The notes beneath the pieces are model-generated. The model was not told where the DNA came from. It searched no databases and worked only from the letters and a program-made list of their open reading frames with translations. Shown one piece after another: positions 24,601 through 36,600 of a stretch of 64,000 nucleotides of DNA. The stretch comes from Hydrolagus affinis (Eukaryota). Every line of letters begins with the position of its first letter. The stretch's first letter is position 1. The DNA lies in assembly GCA_012026655.1 (NCBI GenBank), contig JAAILG010001121.1, positions 1-64,000 of the forward strand, written 5' to 3'. The translations under genes were made by a program, and so were the position numbers.

Positions 24601-27600
24601 TACACCAAGAACATAATAAATTAAAAATAATTTAGAACACTATTCTCTTCCCCACCCAATGCATAACCAAGGACAATAATTTTGCCCGGCTACTTATGAG
24701 AAACTGCTGTGTACTGTCAAAGCCTTCACAAGTGCCCAATCCTCCTGTAGGTATCAGCATGCACAGCTCGCTGGTCCGGTAGCAAGGCCTACATAGAAAG
24801 AATGTAAGTGGTACACTTCACCCTGTAGTGTTTAAGAATTGACTCAAAATATCCCACACTACAACTACAAAAAACAGCAAATGCACGTAAAGAAACAAAA
24901 ACAAACTGTATAACCACAACATCACATTTTAAATAATGAAAGGAGAGTTTCTGTAGCATTTACATGGACAACAATGAAAAAAGTGATTATCAAAATTGCA
25001 CTATTATAGTCAACACTACAGTATAGTCACAGTTTTGTGATTGCTTGCGTTTTTACTATACCCACTACAATAGGACTAGAGGCTTGGGCACTTCTCACTT
25101 GGAATGCTCTTTACCTGCTGCGTGTTGCTGTCAGCAGCATGTTTGTCCAGTTGTTCTTGCAGTTGACGACGCTGAACTTCCTCATGGCTCAGACGTTGCT
25201 GGAGCTGTGCTACTTGCTCTTGTGGCACCATGCTGCAGACCTGTTCTTTCAGCTGCTGGAGCTCACGGATCTTCTGGGACTGGCTAAATGTCAGGCTCGA
25301 ATTTGCATGTAGCAGCTTAGTATGAAGGAAAAGGAAATTAATAACTTGGATCAAATGTTTGCGAAATCAATCACTTAAATTGATGAGGTGCCCAAAGTAT
25401 CATTTGACCACACCTTTAGGATCAGTTTATCCTGATTCCTGATTTTAACAAGGAAAACTGACAAATTCTCATGTAGCTACATGAAAAGCATTCAATTCAC
25501 CAACAACATTCACCTGTTGAGTAAAATATTTATCTACGCACCACAATGGATTCTGAGGTGGGATGGGGAAGGGAAAGAGGTGGAGCAAAGGAAAGGGTAA
25601 AGAGACGGGCAAAGGAAGTCCCCACAATAGGACAGTATTGCTAAATCACAAGAAATACTGCGGACTCAAATAGATGCCCTGTTGTACCAATTTGGCAAAT
25701 GTATATGAGGTATGGTATCAATCATAATCTGGCACCGAATATGCTTTAGATTCAGGTGCTACTATTGGAAAGCTGTGCCATTTATTGGCTGAAAATTATG
25801 ACATTCATGCTACATTTCCAGTACTAAAAGGGTAAGTGTAATGCTGGAATTGAACCATAATAAGGACATAATTGAAAAGACCCTAAATTTAGAAGCATTG
25901 TCAGAAACTTAAATAAAATCAAAGGGTCACAATAACACATACTAAAGTAAAATATTAAAAGTGACATGTGAAAAGCATCTTAAAGGTTTTCTAGAGTTAT
26001 AAAAAGTAGTCAGGCTGTTCTGACTCAATTCATTTTATTGAACCACATTTATTGCGAAGTTGTTTTTGAACATACCGTACATTACTGGGATTACTGAAGT
26101 GGCATTAGAACAAGGAGGCAAGTGGAAAGGATTGATATGGAAAACTGCTTTGAGCATAAACAGTCAAACCACAGCTGTCTGCAGCAATGTCAGCTGTGAT
26201 GTCTGATACAGACTAAAGTAGCAGCCACCACCGTCTCGTGTCTCTGCTGTAGACTCTCTAGGAAGCCTGTAGTTAATCAGTTCTCTGAAGTCCTAAGAAC
26301 AGTTTGTTTTACACATGACTAGAGTCAGCTTTATACAAGATATAACATAAAACTGTCATATTTTAGATCAGAAGAAGAGATAGACTTGCAATCCATAGAC
26401 CAAACTAACATATCCTTGTTTGCTTGAAGAAACATTTCCTGTCCAACTGACATATGGCTAGACCACTCTGGAATCACATTGCAAATCCCGTTATTTGAGC
26501 GTTAAGTTGTTATCCTCCAGGAGATTTTGAAAAGATGACTAACTTCAGCGTGTGTAAAAACATTAGCCAGTTAGACCTGAATGGCCCGAACGGCAGCACG
26601 TCACATAACAGATGACACTTAAACACACAACTGGGGAGATTTTGCATTCCTGCCAGTTAATACAGATGGTTCTCTCATAACGCATTTTTACTGACGCAAT
26701 CTTCCTTCCCTTGTCAGATACAAAAAGAACACAACGATATTTCCTCTCCAGACCAAACAACCTTCTCCAGCTGAATCACAGCTTATCCCCTTCTACCCTA
26801 AATAGGTGTTTCCCTGCCCGCTTTGAAAACTGATCAAAGGTCATCCTTTTGTGGCGTCCTCTAGCTCAGTGGTTAGAGTACTCGCCTCGCAAGTGAGAGA
26901 CCTGGGTTTGATTCCCAGAGGGAAAAATGTTGGGTAAGTTTCCTTACTCCACAATGCCTCTGTTTATCTAGCAGTAGGAACCCGGTTGTTAGTCAATTTT
27001 CGTATTGCCTTTCTGGGCGTGATAATACATTTTTTATAAATTGGTCACTAAATCCACGACTATTTATGGTTTGTGCAATTGGCTTCCATGTTTTGCCCCC
27101 CAAAAAACAAATTTCAGTTTATATTCTGTGAAGCCCATTGAGCCATCTCAAATACCTGATAATAATAATCCTTGCATTTGATATAGCGCTTTTCACGTCT
27201 CCTATATGTCAAATCGTTTCACAGAATACATTGTAAAGTGAATTGACTATATTTGTGGCGAAACACAAAATTTGATAAGGCGCTATATCAAAATGCAAGG
27301 ATTATTATTTCTTTCAGACAATGAAAGGTCTGCTATGGATTTTCATAATTTCTGTCTTATTTAGATTTCCCTATTTGATTTTGCCCCTTAATTTTGACTG
27401 CTGTGACTGAATGGATTCTCCTGGAAACCTGCATTAAGGTGTGAAGAAGGATGGCACAGAAACATTTGTTTTTGATACTGTACTTCTGCCACATTCTGAA
27501 CAATATGTACATTTATCAAATGCTTTTTGTCAGCAAATATGTTAAAGTTTGGAACAATACAAATTAGCAGGAAAGTCAACATGCAAAGTTGTGAAGTAGT

Positions 27601-30600
27601 AAATGTAAACAATATCTTCCTCAACTACAAGGTATACAATTTCAACTACATACTTTATACAATTCCAAGGAACAATGTTTCAAAAGATAAGGGAAGACAG
27701 AACTCACATTTAAAGAATACCATAAATATACTACTTAGCAAGGCACAAGTTAATCCACAGCCTTGAAGTCTTCACATCATGCCCTCCATGTCACCAGATT
27801 GACTTAAATTCTAAGTAAGATTTTAATTGCAAATTCAACAAGCTGATCGAGTTTATTTGTTCACAATGAAGTCAGTCAAATGACAGCCTTGTAAACACTG
27901 TGATTATGCTATGACAGTATTTGAAATGAAAAGCTCTATTGACTTCACAAACTATCTTGGGCAGAGGACCAGGCCAATAAACCTTTCTGGTGCATCGTGT
28001 ACCCAATTCACTTTGTTTTACATGCACATCAGTCATAAACACAATGAATGCAAGAAAGAAGAGCTCAAGAACATAAACAAATGCTTGCTTTCTGCTCATG
28101 TTGACCAGGAAATAGCCTACATAACACTTCTCCAAGGTGACTTGTGTGACGTTTGTGGGTAAATGCGTGGCTTAGATTGATATTGAGCCAATGGATTCAA
28201 TCTCAGATAAGTCTCAGCGTCTTGGGACGTCCTCCCAACGTGAAAGATGCTCTTTCAGTGTAATTTTGTTGTGGTTGTCTCAGATTTGATGTCTGATCAG
28301 TGTTGTGTTAGTTGGTCTCTCAAAAGAGCAACAATGGGGAGCTCAAGAATACCAAATAAATAGAACATCAATTGATCACAAATTTCTTTCAGTTTTACCC
28401 AACATACCTGATCACTGGTCTCCATCAACTGGCTCTCCAGGTTGGCTTGGGTGTTTTGCAGCATTTCATTCTCTACTTTGAGGATTTCCAGCTCCTGTTC
28501 GAGTGAGCCCATCTAGCAGGAGAATGAATGCAGTTTCAGGACCACATGTAGATTCTACTCAATATTTCATTTGTGCATGATATTCAGACTGGATTCGGAT
28601 TGAGGGTAGATTGGCTACCGTTCAATAGAGGTTACTTGAGCTCACTATTTACGACCTCAAGTAGCCTCTATTTTTGTTTAAAGAATCCCGTCTTGATATT
28701 TATTTCTTCCAGAGTTATTTCTCAGTCAACACTTTAAAAAATGTTGTTAAAAAGTCAACACTTTCATTTATTTTTCTCTGTACATGAAGACTATTCACAG
28801 ACAAATCTTACCCAAATGCAGGCATGCTTGCTTCCTAACTCTCTTGCCTCTCTGCCCTTCTAATTGGAAGTTCCTAGAGAGGAAAACAATCTTTCGTCTA
28901 TTAATCATATACCTTACCTTCCTGTTGGCTGATAATAGTTCTTTGTGAATCTGGTCACATTCTCTCTTCAGGCTGAGTTTCTCCTGTTCAGCGGCTTTGA
29001 CCATGGCAGATTTATTGTAGTGCTTCTGCTGTTTGAGGGTTAGAAGTGCAGAATCTAGATATTTGATCTGTCAAAACAAGAAAATAATATTATTATTCAC
29101 TGTATATTTTTCATCAACGTATTAATTTTAACAAAAACATGTTTTTAACAAAAACACTGTGAACTACTAATGGTGTGGGATTTATGCATCCTACAATCCT
29201 TGTATTTTGATATAGCGCTTTTTCACGTCTTCTAAACGTCTCAAAGCGCTTCACAGAATATACTGTAAAGTGAATTGACTATGTTTGTGGGCGAAACGCA
29301 GCAGCCAATAGCACACAGCAGTGTCCCACAAACAGTCATGGACTGAAATGACCGAGTTTTTTTTGGACGGATTATTATTAGGCCTGTGGAGTAAGGAAAC
29401 TTGCCCAAGGTTTTGCCCTGACCTGCCTGGATTGAAAACACATGTCTCACACTTGTGATACAAGTGCTCTAACTACTGAGCTACAGGACTCCTCTTTTAA
29501 CCCATACCAAATTAACCAAATCTCTGACCCTTTGAATTATTCAGTCCATTGGTTGGGTCACTACTCTGTGCAAACTAGCTGCCCATGTTTTTCTATAGAT
29601 CAGAGAGTCCTCTGTAGGTCTGGTTGTAATCTTGCTCCTCGAAAGACAAATGGTTATTTGAACCCATGTCTAAAAGATGAAAGAGGCCTTTGTTTTCAGT
29701 GGGCTACTTAGACGGATGTGTTTATATACAAATGTAACTTTGCTGTTTGTTTTTGCTGCTACTTTCTAGTTAGATGTGCCAATTCAGTTAGATGACAATG
29801 GCTGTTAGAAATGAGGCACAGTTACAGTCTTCCTTCAAGATACAAAGCAATTCATTTTGAAGTCTGAAGGTGCTTTCTTAGGTACCTTCTCCCGGGCCTG
29901 CTGCAGCTCTCCTTTTGTATGCTGAGCCTCTCTCTGAAGCCTCTCGTTCTCCTGCCTTAGCAGTTGTTGTTCCTTCTCCACCAGCCGAGCCAGGTCATCC
30001 CGATACAGCCTCTTATGATTGTGTTGGAAGTCCACAGAATGCAAGTTCAGCTTTAGCACCTGATTCTAATAGAAAGATATCATGATCTTATTTAAAAATC
30101 AGAAGATTTGTTGAAGGCAACTATATTGGAAGGGCACCCCCGTTTTCGTTCTGTTAGATCTCCCTAAAGCATGAACCATTTCTTGGCTTACACTCATAGA
30201 ACCACAGGGAATTGCAGCATTTCATGTCTGTGTCGGCTCTTTTAAAGAGCAATCCTTTTAATTCTATGACAATACTGTGACCAACTGCTTAGCTGGAATG
30301 GAAGCATCTTCGAATGCCTCATCCTTTGACTGTCTCTTCCTGCCTGTGGGAACTTAGTGTGTTCTGACAGCGTCACTGTAACCCGCAACCAACCCAGTGG
30401 AGAATTCCAAGTAGGAGCGTCCAGTCCGTAGTGAATGAGAAATGAGAAGCCTGTACACATAAATAGGAAGCGATTGCCTCCTCCCAACAATGGATGCTTG
30501 AGTATTGCCACTATTGTACAAGTTATTGTTGTACTTTTATTGGGAAGCATCAGGTTTCAGATTTTGCTCTTCTGAACAAACGTCCACAAGGTCAGGTTAG

Positions 30601-33600
30601 TTTTACATCTTGGGACGTCCTCCCGACGCGAAAGGCGCTCTACAAACGCAATTTTGCTGCCGTTGTCAAAGACATTTCAGCCTTATTTGAAATGTTGCAG
30701 GCTACACATGACGGGATCAAGTAGAATTGATGTGGCATTGTACCTCATCTTTGGTGGTCTGTAGTTCTTTGTGCAATGACACCACTTCCTGTTTCAAGGC
30801 CTCCTTTTCCTGTTGTGCGACGCGGAAGTCTGATTTACGTCGCGCTGCCTGGAGATGAGCACTTTGTAGGGTTTCGTCCAGACTCTTGATCTGGGAGATG
30901 AAACAAGGGGATTAAATTTGAATAGCAAAATTTCGGATGGAAAATTAGGTCCGATCAACAAGTTGAAGCCAGAGAAACTACAAGAATGGGTGTCTCTTAT
31001 AAATAGAGATTTTAATGAATTCATAATTGAGAGAGCTGCACTACAGTCCTGAAAAGGTGGGCAAAATATAACTTAAAATACTGCAATACCTTTTCTTGTG
31101 ACATTGACTGCTGTGCAGCCAACACCTTCCCTTGTTGTAGCAATGTTTGCTTCTCTTGTCTCAAACTGATTATCTGCATTTCCATGATGTTCATTTTGGC
31201 AATCTGTGTGTATAATAAGAAGCATTTGTTGATCAAGTTAGATAGCAATGGTTACATATTCCGTCTAAAACAAATGATATAAGGCGATTAACAGCTATCA
31301 ATTAGTATTGAAAGTGCTTCAATGATTTCCATACCCTGTCAACGCAGCGGTTCACCTCATCGCTTAATGTTTCTTTCTCCTGTATTAACTTTTCATTCGT
31401 ACTCTTCAGAGAAGTGACCTCACTCTCCAGCTCATTACATTTAGATAACTGGAAAAACAAGAAACTGCTGTTCAGCTTATTGAGAGACAAGGAAGTTCAT
31501 TAATAACTGCATTAATGCAGAATCTATTCACAAGTGGTTTAAGATCACTAAGAATGTCAACAACTATGAATCATCACTTCATGTAACTGTATGAAGCCAG
31601 TGTATTAATATCTGAACTAAACCACAACAATTCTCATATCTTTCAACAAATATTCTCACAATATCAGATAAGCAGAGAACTGCTTTGTGCAAAAGGACTA
31701 GAGTTACTAATATGAAGGCTTGGCAGCATCTTCAAATCACATGAGGAAAAAGCGCACAAATCCTTTTCCAAAAATATAATATTCAATGTTGTTATAAAGT
31801 ACTGGGAGACGTGTGACAGTTTTTTTTTTTACAAGTCAGGTTTATCATTATCAACACTAAAATGTATTATGTACTTAAAAAATAAATATCAACTGGCACA
31901 AAACCAATGTTCACTAAAGTGTATTCTCCAAATGGACAAATTCTATTTGTTATTAGAATTTTAAAGAAAGAGAAAAATGTATTTACAAAGAATCCTTTGG
32001 ACAACAAGAGCTTTTCAAAATGACTGCACTGAAGCTTTGCGAGTCACCTCTACCTGAAACGTCACGTCTTCGAGCTGTTGTCTGAGGAGAAGCTTGTCCT
32101 GTTCCAGCAGGTGATTCTTCAGCTCCATTTCAGACAAATCGGTCTCCAAAGCCGATATGAGAGTGGATGACTGTCAGGAAATAGGCAAGATGTACATGTA
32201 ATGTCATGACTACACCCAAAGCTCTGTTTTCATTCAGAGCATCACTGGATGATAATGTGCAGCATCCGAAAGAGAAAGAGAGTGTAAACAAACTATCTGA
32301 TCCGCAACAAATACACCTGCAGAGGATAGAAGGCTACGCCACATTATCCCACCCTTTTGGCTGAAAGTGGCTCTCTGATGAGAAGCAATTTCTGTCGCAA
32401 AATAGGAGGAAAGGATATGGAAATATTCTCCCTCACCCTCAGTTCTTCACTAAAAACACATTCAAGTAGTCAGTCAACTGTACGAATACTCCCTACAGCA
32501 TGAAATGGGTATTGTAAATGCCGATTAGTAATTTGGATTTAGATATTAAGCGTTCAAAAGTCATTTTGAACGATTAGGCCACTATTGCTGGCTAGGAGGT
32601 AGTCATCACAATGATTTACCTCGGCTCGGCTGTTTTCCATTTCATTCATTATTTGGGATTTTTCTTGCTCCCACTCTTCAAGCAGGTGCCTGTCCATTTT
32701 TTTCTCCTTCTGTCGCAGCAGATCAGTGAGCCGGCGGTTCAGATCCTGCAAGTCAGCTTGATTCTTAGAGTTTTTTTGGCAAAGGTCCTCGTTCTCTGCA
32801 TCCAGCTGCCGATTCCGGGATCTTGTCTCCGCCATCTGATTTGGGGTACAATTTGGAACAAAGGTTTTGAGAATGGTGGGTCACAGTCTATTAACTAATT
32901 GAGCAAGAGCACCACAGATATGGAAAGCAGTTAAAAGTCGTAACTCTACACCTGCTGCAACTCAAACCAAGATGTTTAATACCTGGAGACTGCAAACAAA
33001 AATAGCAAAATAGTTAACAATTCCTGAAGTCACAGTTGAAAGGATGTTTAGCAACAGTCTATAAATGACTTTCTTAAAAAAATCAGACTTTTGGGGGAAT
33101 TAGTATCAGCAAATGACCAAAAACGATTAGTGCCTTCTCACAAATTAATTGTAATTCTAAGATTATAGGCACCCTGCTCTAAATTTTTCCTGTCTTAATC
33201 ACTTTGACACTGCCAGCATCTTTAAATAGATTGCCACTGAATTTAATTATTAATCCCTCAGTTGCACAGGACCATGGATTAAAAATATTTCTGAACTTAA
33301 CAAGTGACCTACATTTTAATATCAACACTGCATTAGGATAGAAGTAGTAACATTACAGAATCAGGACTCCAAGCAGGAGCAGGCCTGTTGAATGATGAAT
33401 TTCTCACATCATCATCATCCAGTAATAAAGCATTTTAAATTAACAAAAAGCACAGCTTACAATTCATACAATGATCAGGATCCTGCTACATAAAACCGCT
33501 CAGCAATTCTCTCATTCAAAACACTGTACCTAGTGTTTTACAGTGAGAAGCTGTGCATCAATAGTCAACAGCTCCTTCAAAGAAAGATAGCTCGATAATT

Positions 33601-36600
33601 TAATTGCTGTATATTCTAAATGTTGCAATTTTTACAGTTCATCCAAGTGGCATGTAGACAATATAGCAGGAACCAATATTTGAAACTTCTGAAAGTTTGA
33701 AATATTCTGAAATTATGAAGAACGTACCTGTTTGTTCAGCATTTCTATAATTCTCTGAGCAGTCATATTTTCAGCCTTTAAAATCTCCCTCTGTTGCCTG
33801 TAAAAAGAGAAACCCTTGTAAGTTTGCATTCAGCTTGATAATAAAGTAAGTACAGTAGTTTGAAAGGTATAAACCTGGTTGTGCTGAATGCAAGCTACTA
33901 ATAATCAAATGAGTACAGTAAAAGCCAGTTTATCTGGCACCCTTGGGACCTGGCCAATGCCGGTTAAAGCGCATGTTGTATATTCAGCCGAAAACACACA
34001 AAAAAGATTAAATTATTATTATTTTTAATGCATTTTTCTGGATAAATTCCGGTTAATCGAATGCGGACCTTTTTTTTTAGGTGCCGATTATAGGGTAGTT
34101 GCGGTTGATCGGGATAAATGGGCTTTTACTGTATTATGAATATAACGCAGTCTCATAAGTATTTCTAGGAACTTACATTAATTCCTGTTGCGCTTTATTC
34201 ATTTCCGTTACTTTCTGATGAAAATTTCCTTCCTCTTCCATTTTACGTTTCAAGGTGGCATATTTCTCAGTGAGCTCTTCAGCTTCACTACTGTGTAAGA
34301 AAGAACGTTGCAAGAACAGGTTTTTAAACATGGTTAAGTGGCTAAGCCAGTCTGCTGGACGTAATTTGATGAATCGGAAACTAAAATGCTTCATGCAAAC
34401 TGACTGCAACTCCTACAAGAATATCCAAATTAGGTTGCGTTTGTAACATTTTCATGCACATGTGTGCAATCTGAAAGACACTCACAGGAGATGCAAAGGG
34501 TATGGTTACGATATCTCTAAATGTTTACTACTGAAACCCTAGAGGATAAACAAACAATTTAGTTCTGCAATAAAATGTAACGGTGGATGACATCTTGTGG
34601 GGTGGTGGTGGGGAAAGAGATGAACATGCAAGTGAACAAATGGGTGACAAAGAAATCATGCAAGACTGTCATACAGAGACAATCAGGCATGCAGTGGTGC
34701 ATTTCACTCAAAGACGAGGAACGGACAACACCTTTCTGACATGCTTTATGAAACACACAAAAGGTGGTGCATTTTATACATTCCATAATATTCCCCACTC
34801 TATCTTTTCTTGCGCAGTTTAACATAAGCACTTGCTTTCCCTCGTTTTCTTACAGGGATAAAGTACCCATTCCCTGTATTAACATCCTTCCAACTCAACC
34901 TGCCAAATAAACACCACTTAGCAAAATACAAGTTGGTGGCCTGAGGGGGGTGGGGGTGGAAGTGGAGTGCTCATGTTATTCAAAGTCGTGAGTAAACGTT
35001 GTTTATATAGGGAAAGGAATGAGTTTAGGAATGCCAGAAGGTTGACCCAATTTTTGCAACTTAATGGTTTTTACACACTCTTGTCTAAGCGACAATTATC
35101 CTTGGAGAAATAGCCGTGATCTTACAGAGACTAATCTTGCTTTATGTCAGTTTCAGTGAAAACTACACATCTGATTAATGGCCTGCTAACAACTTTTGCT
35201 TTTAATGAATCAACTTTGTGGGAATGAAAGCGCAATTGACATTCATAATGACGTTGGCAGCAATTTTTTAAGAACAGAATGTCCAAGCATTTACTTGGAG
35301 ACTTTTGCATTCAACAACAGCAAAAAAGAAACAATTTCAGGCATTCAGACACCACAGGCATGATGCATATCAGTGCCCCCCAAAATAAATGCACCACCTC
35401 AACCCATCATCGGTTCCAGGCTTACCACGTCTCACAGCAGAAGTCAGCTGTCCATGCATTTTGGAAGGAAAAAGCATTAGAAATTAAATTGTTAATTGTA
35501 AACTTTAGCCAATTAAAATTTCTTTTTTTTAACAGCAAAATAGCTTCTCACAAATGACAGGAAATTTACTGAAACCTCACGGGTCAAACGTGACCATTAC
35601 CTGTTGACTCTAGCCTGACGTTCCATCTCAGTAGATTGTGCTTGTAGCTCAGCCATGGCAGCCTTCAACTCAACATTCTCTCTCTCAGTTTGAGCATTTT
35701 TCTTCTGTAATGCTAGAGTGGACAATACGTTCTCTTCCAACTCTTTAGTTCTCTCTTTCAGACTGACGTTCTCTGCAACTACTTCTGATCTTTCTCTCTC
35801 AGACTCTACATGTATGTTTTGTAAATCTGCAAGAAATACAAGCTTCTCTTCTAACCTTTTTGTCCTTTCTTTGAGTTCTTGATGCTGTTTGAGTATTTCA
35901 ACCTTCTGGGATTGATGCAGCTCTACAGTGGACTGAAGGATCGAGAGTTCCTGGGATTTTTCTTCCAGTTCCCTTACCCTCTCTCTCAGGCTCAGATTCT
36001 CTGAATTTCTTTGTGCTTTTTCTTTCTCAAATTCTTGCTGTGCTTTCCCTATGTTTGTCAGAACAACGACTTTCTCTTCTAACCGTTTAGCTTTCTCCAG
36101 CAGCTCTACATTTTGTTTCACTATTTCTGCCTTTTCGTCTGTAAGAATTTCAATGGTATTTTGTAGGCTGGCAAGCGCCAATGCTTTCCCTTCTAAATCT
36201 TTAGTCCTTTCCTGCAGCTCTAACAATTCACAGCTCATCTCCTCGTTTTCCCTTTTCACTTCCTCATGAACAATTTGTAGTTCTGCAAGAAGCAGAGATT
36301 CTTTTTTCAGTTCTTGTGCCTTCTCCTGTAGTTGGCTGATCTTGCCGTTCAATGCTTGATTTTCCCTCAACAACTCTTCATTGATTTTCTGTGAGGCGCA
36401 AAGGGTCACTGCGTTCTCGAATGCATCTTTCGTCGCCTCCTGCAGTTTGGAAAGTTCGGATCTCATCTCAGCTCTTTCTCTCTCAAATTCTTCCTGTGAC
36501 ACGTGAGGTTGTGCAGAAGCCTCTGCTTCTTCCATCATTGCCTTATACGTTTCTTCCAAGCTATGTCTCCTCAAGTTCAGTGCCGCTTTCTCCTCTTCAG

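Noticed and set aside
27357-27428. Acceptor-like site giving VSRRIHSVTAVKIKGQNQIGKSK* in NIN intron 28
   Set aside because: Plausible acceptor with an upstream UGCAUG, but no donor, no recognised homology, and it runs into a SINE; too weak to call.
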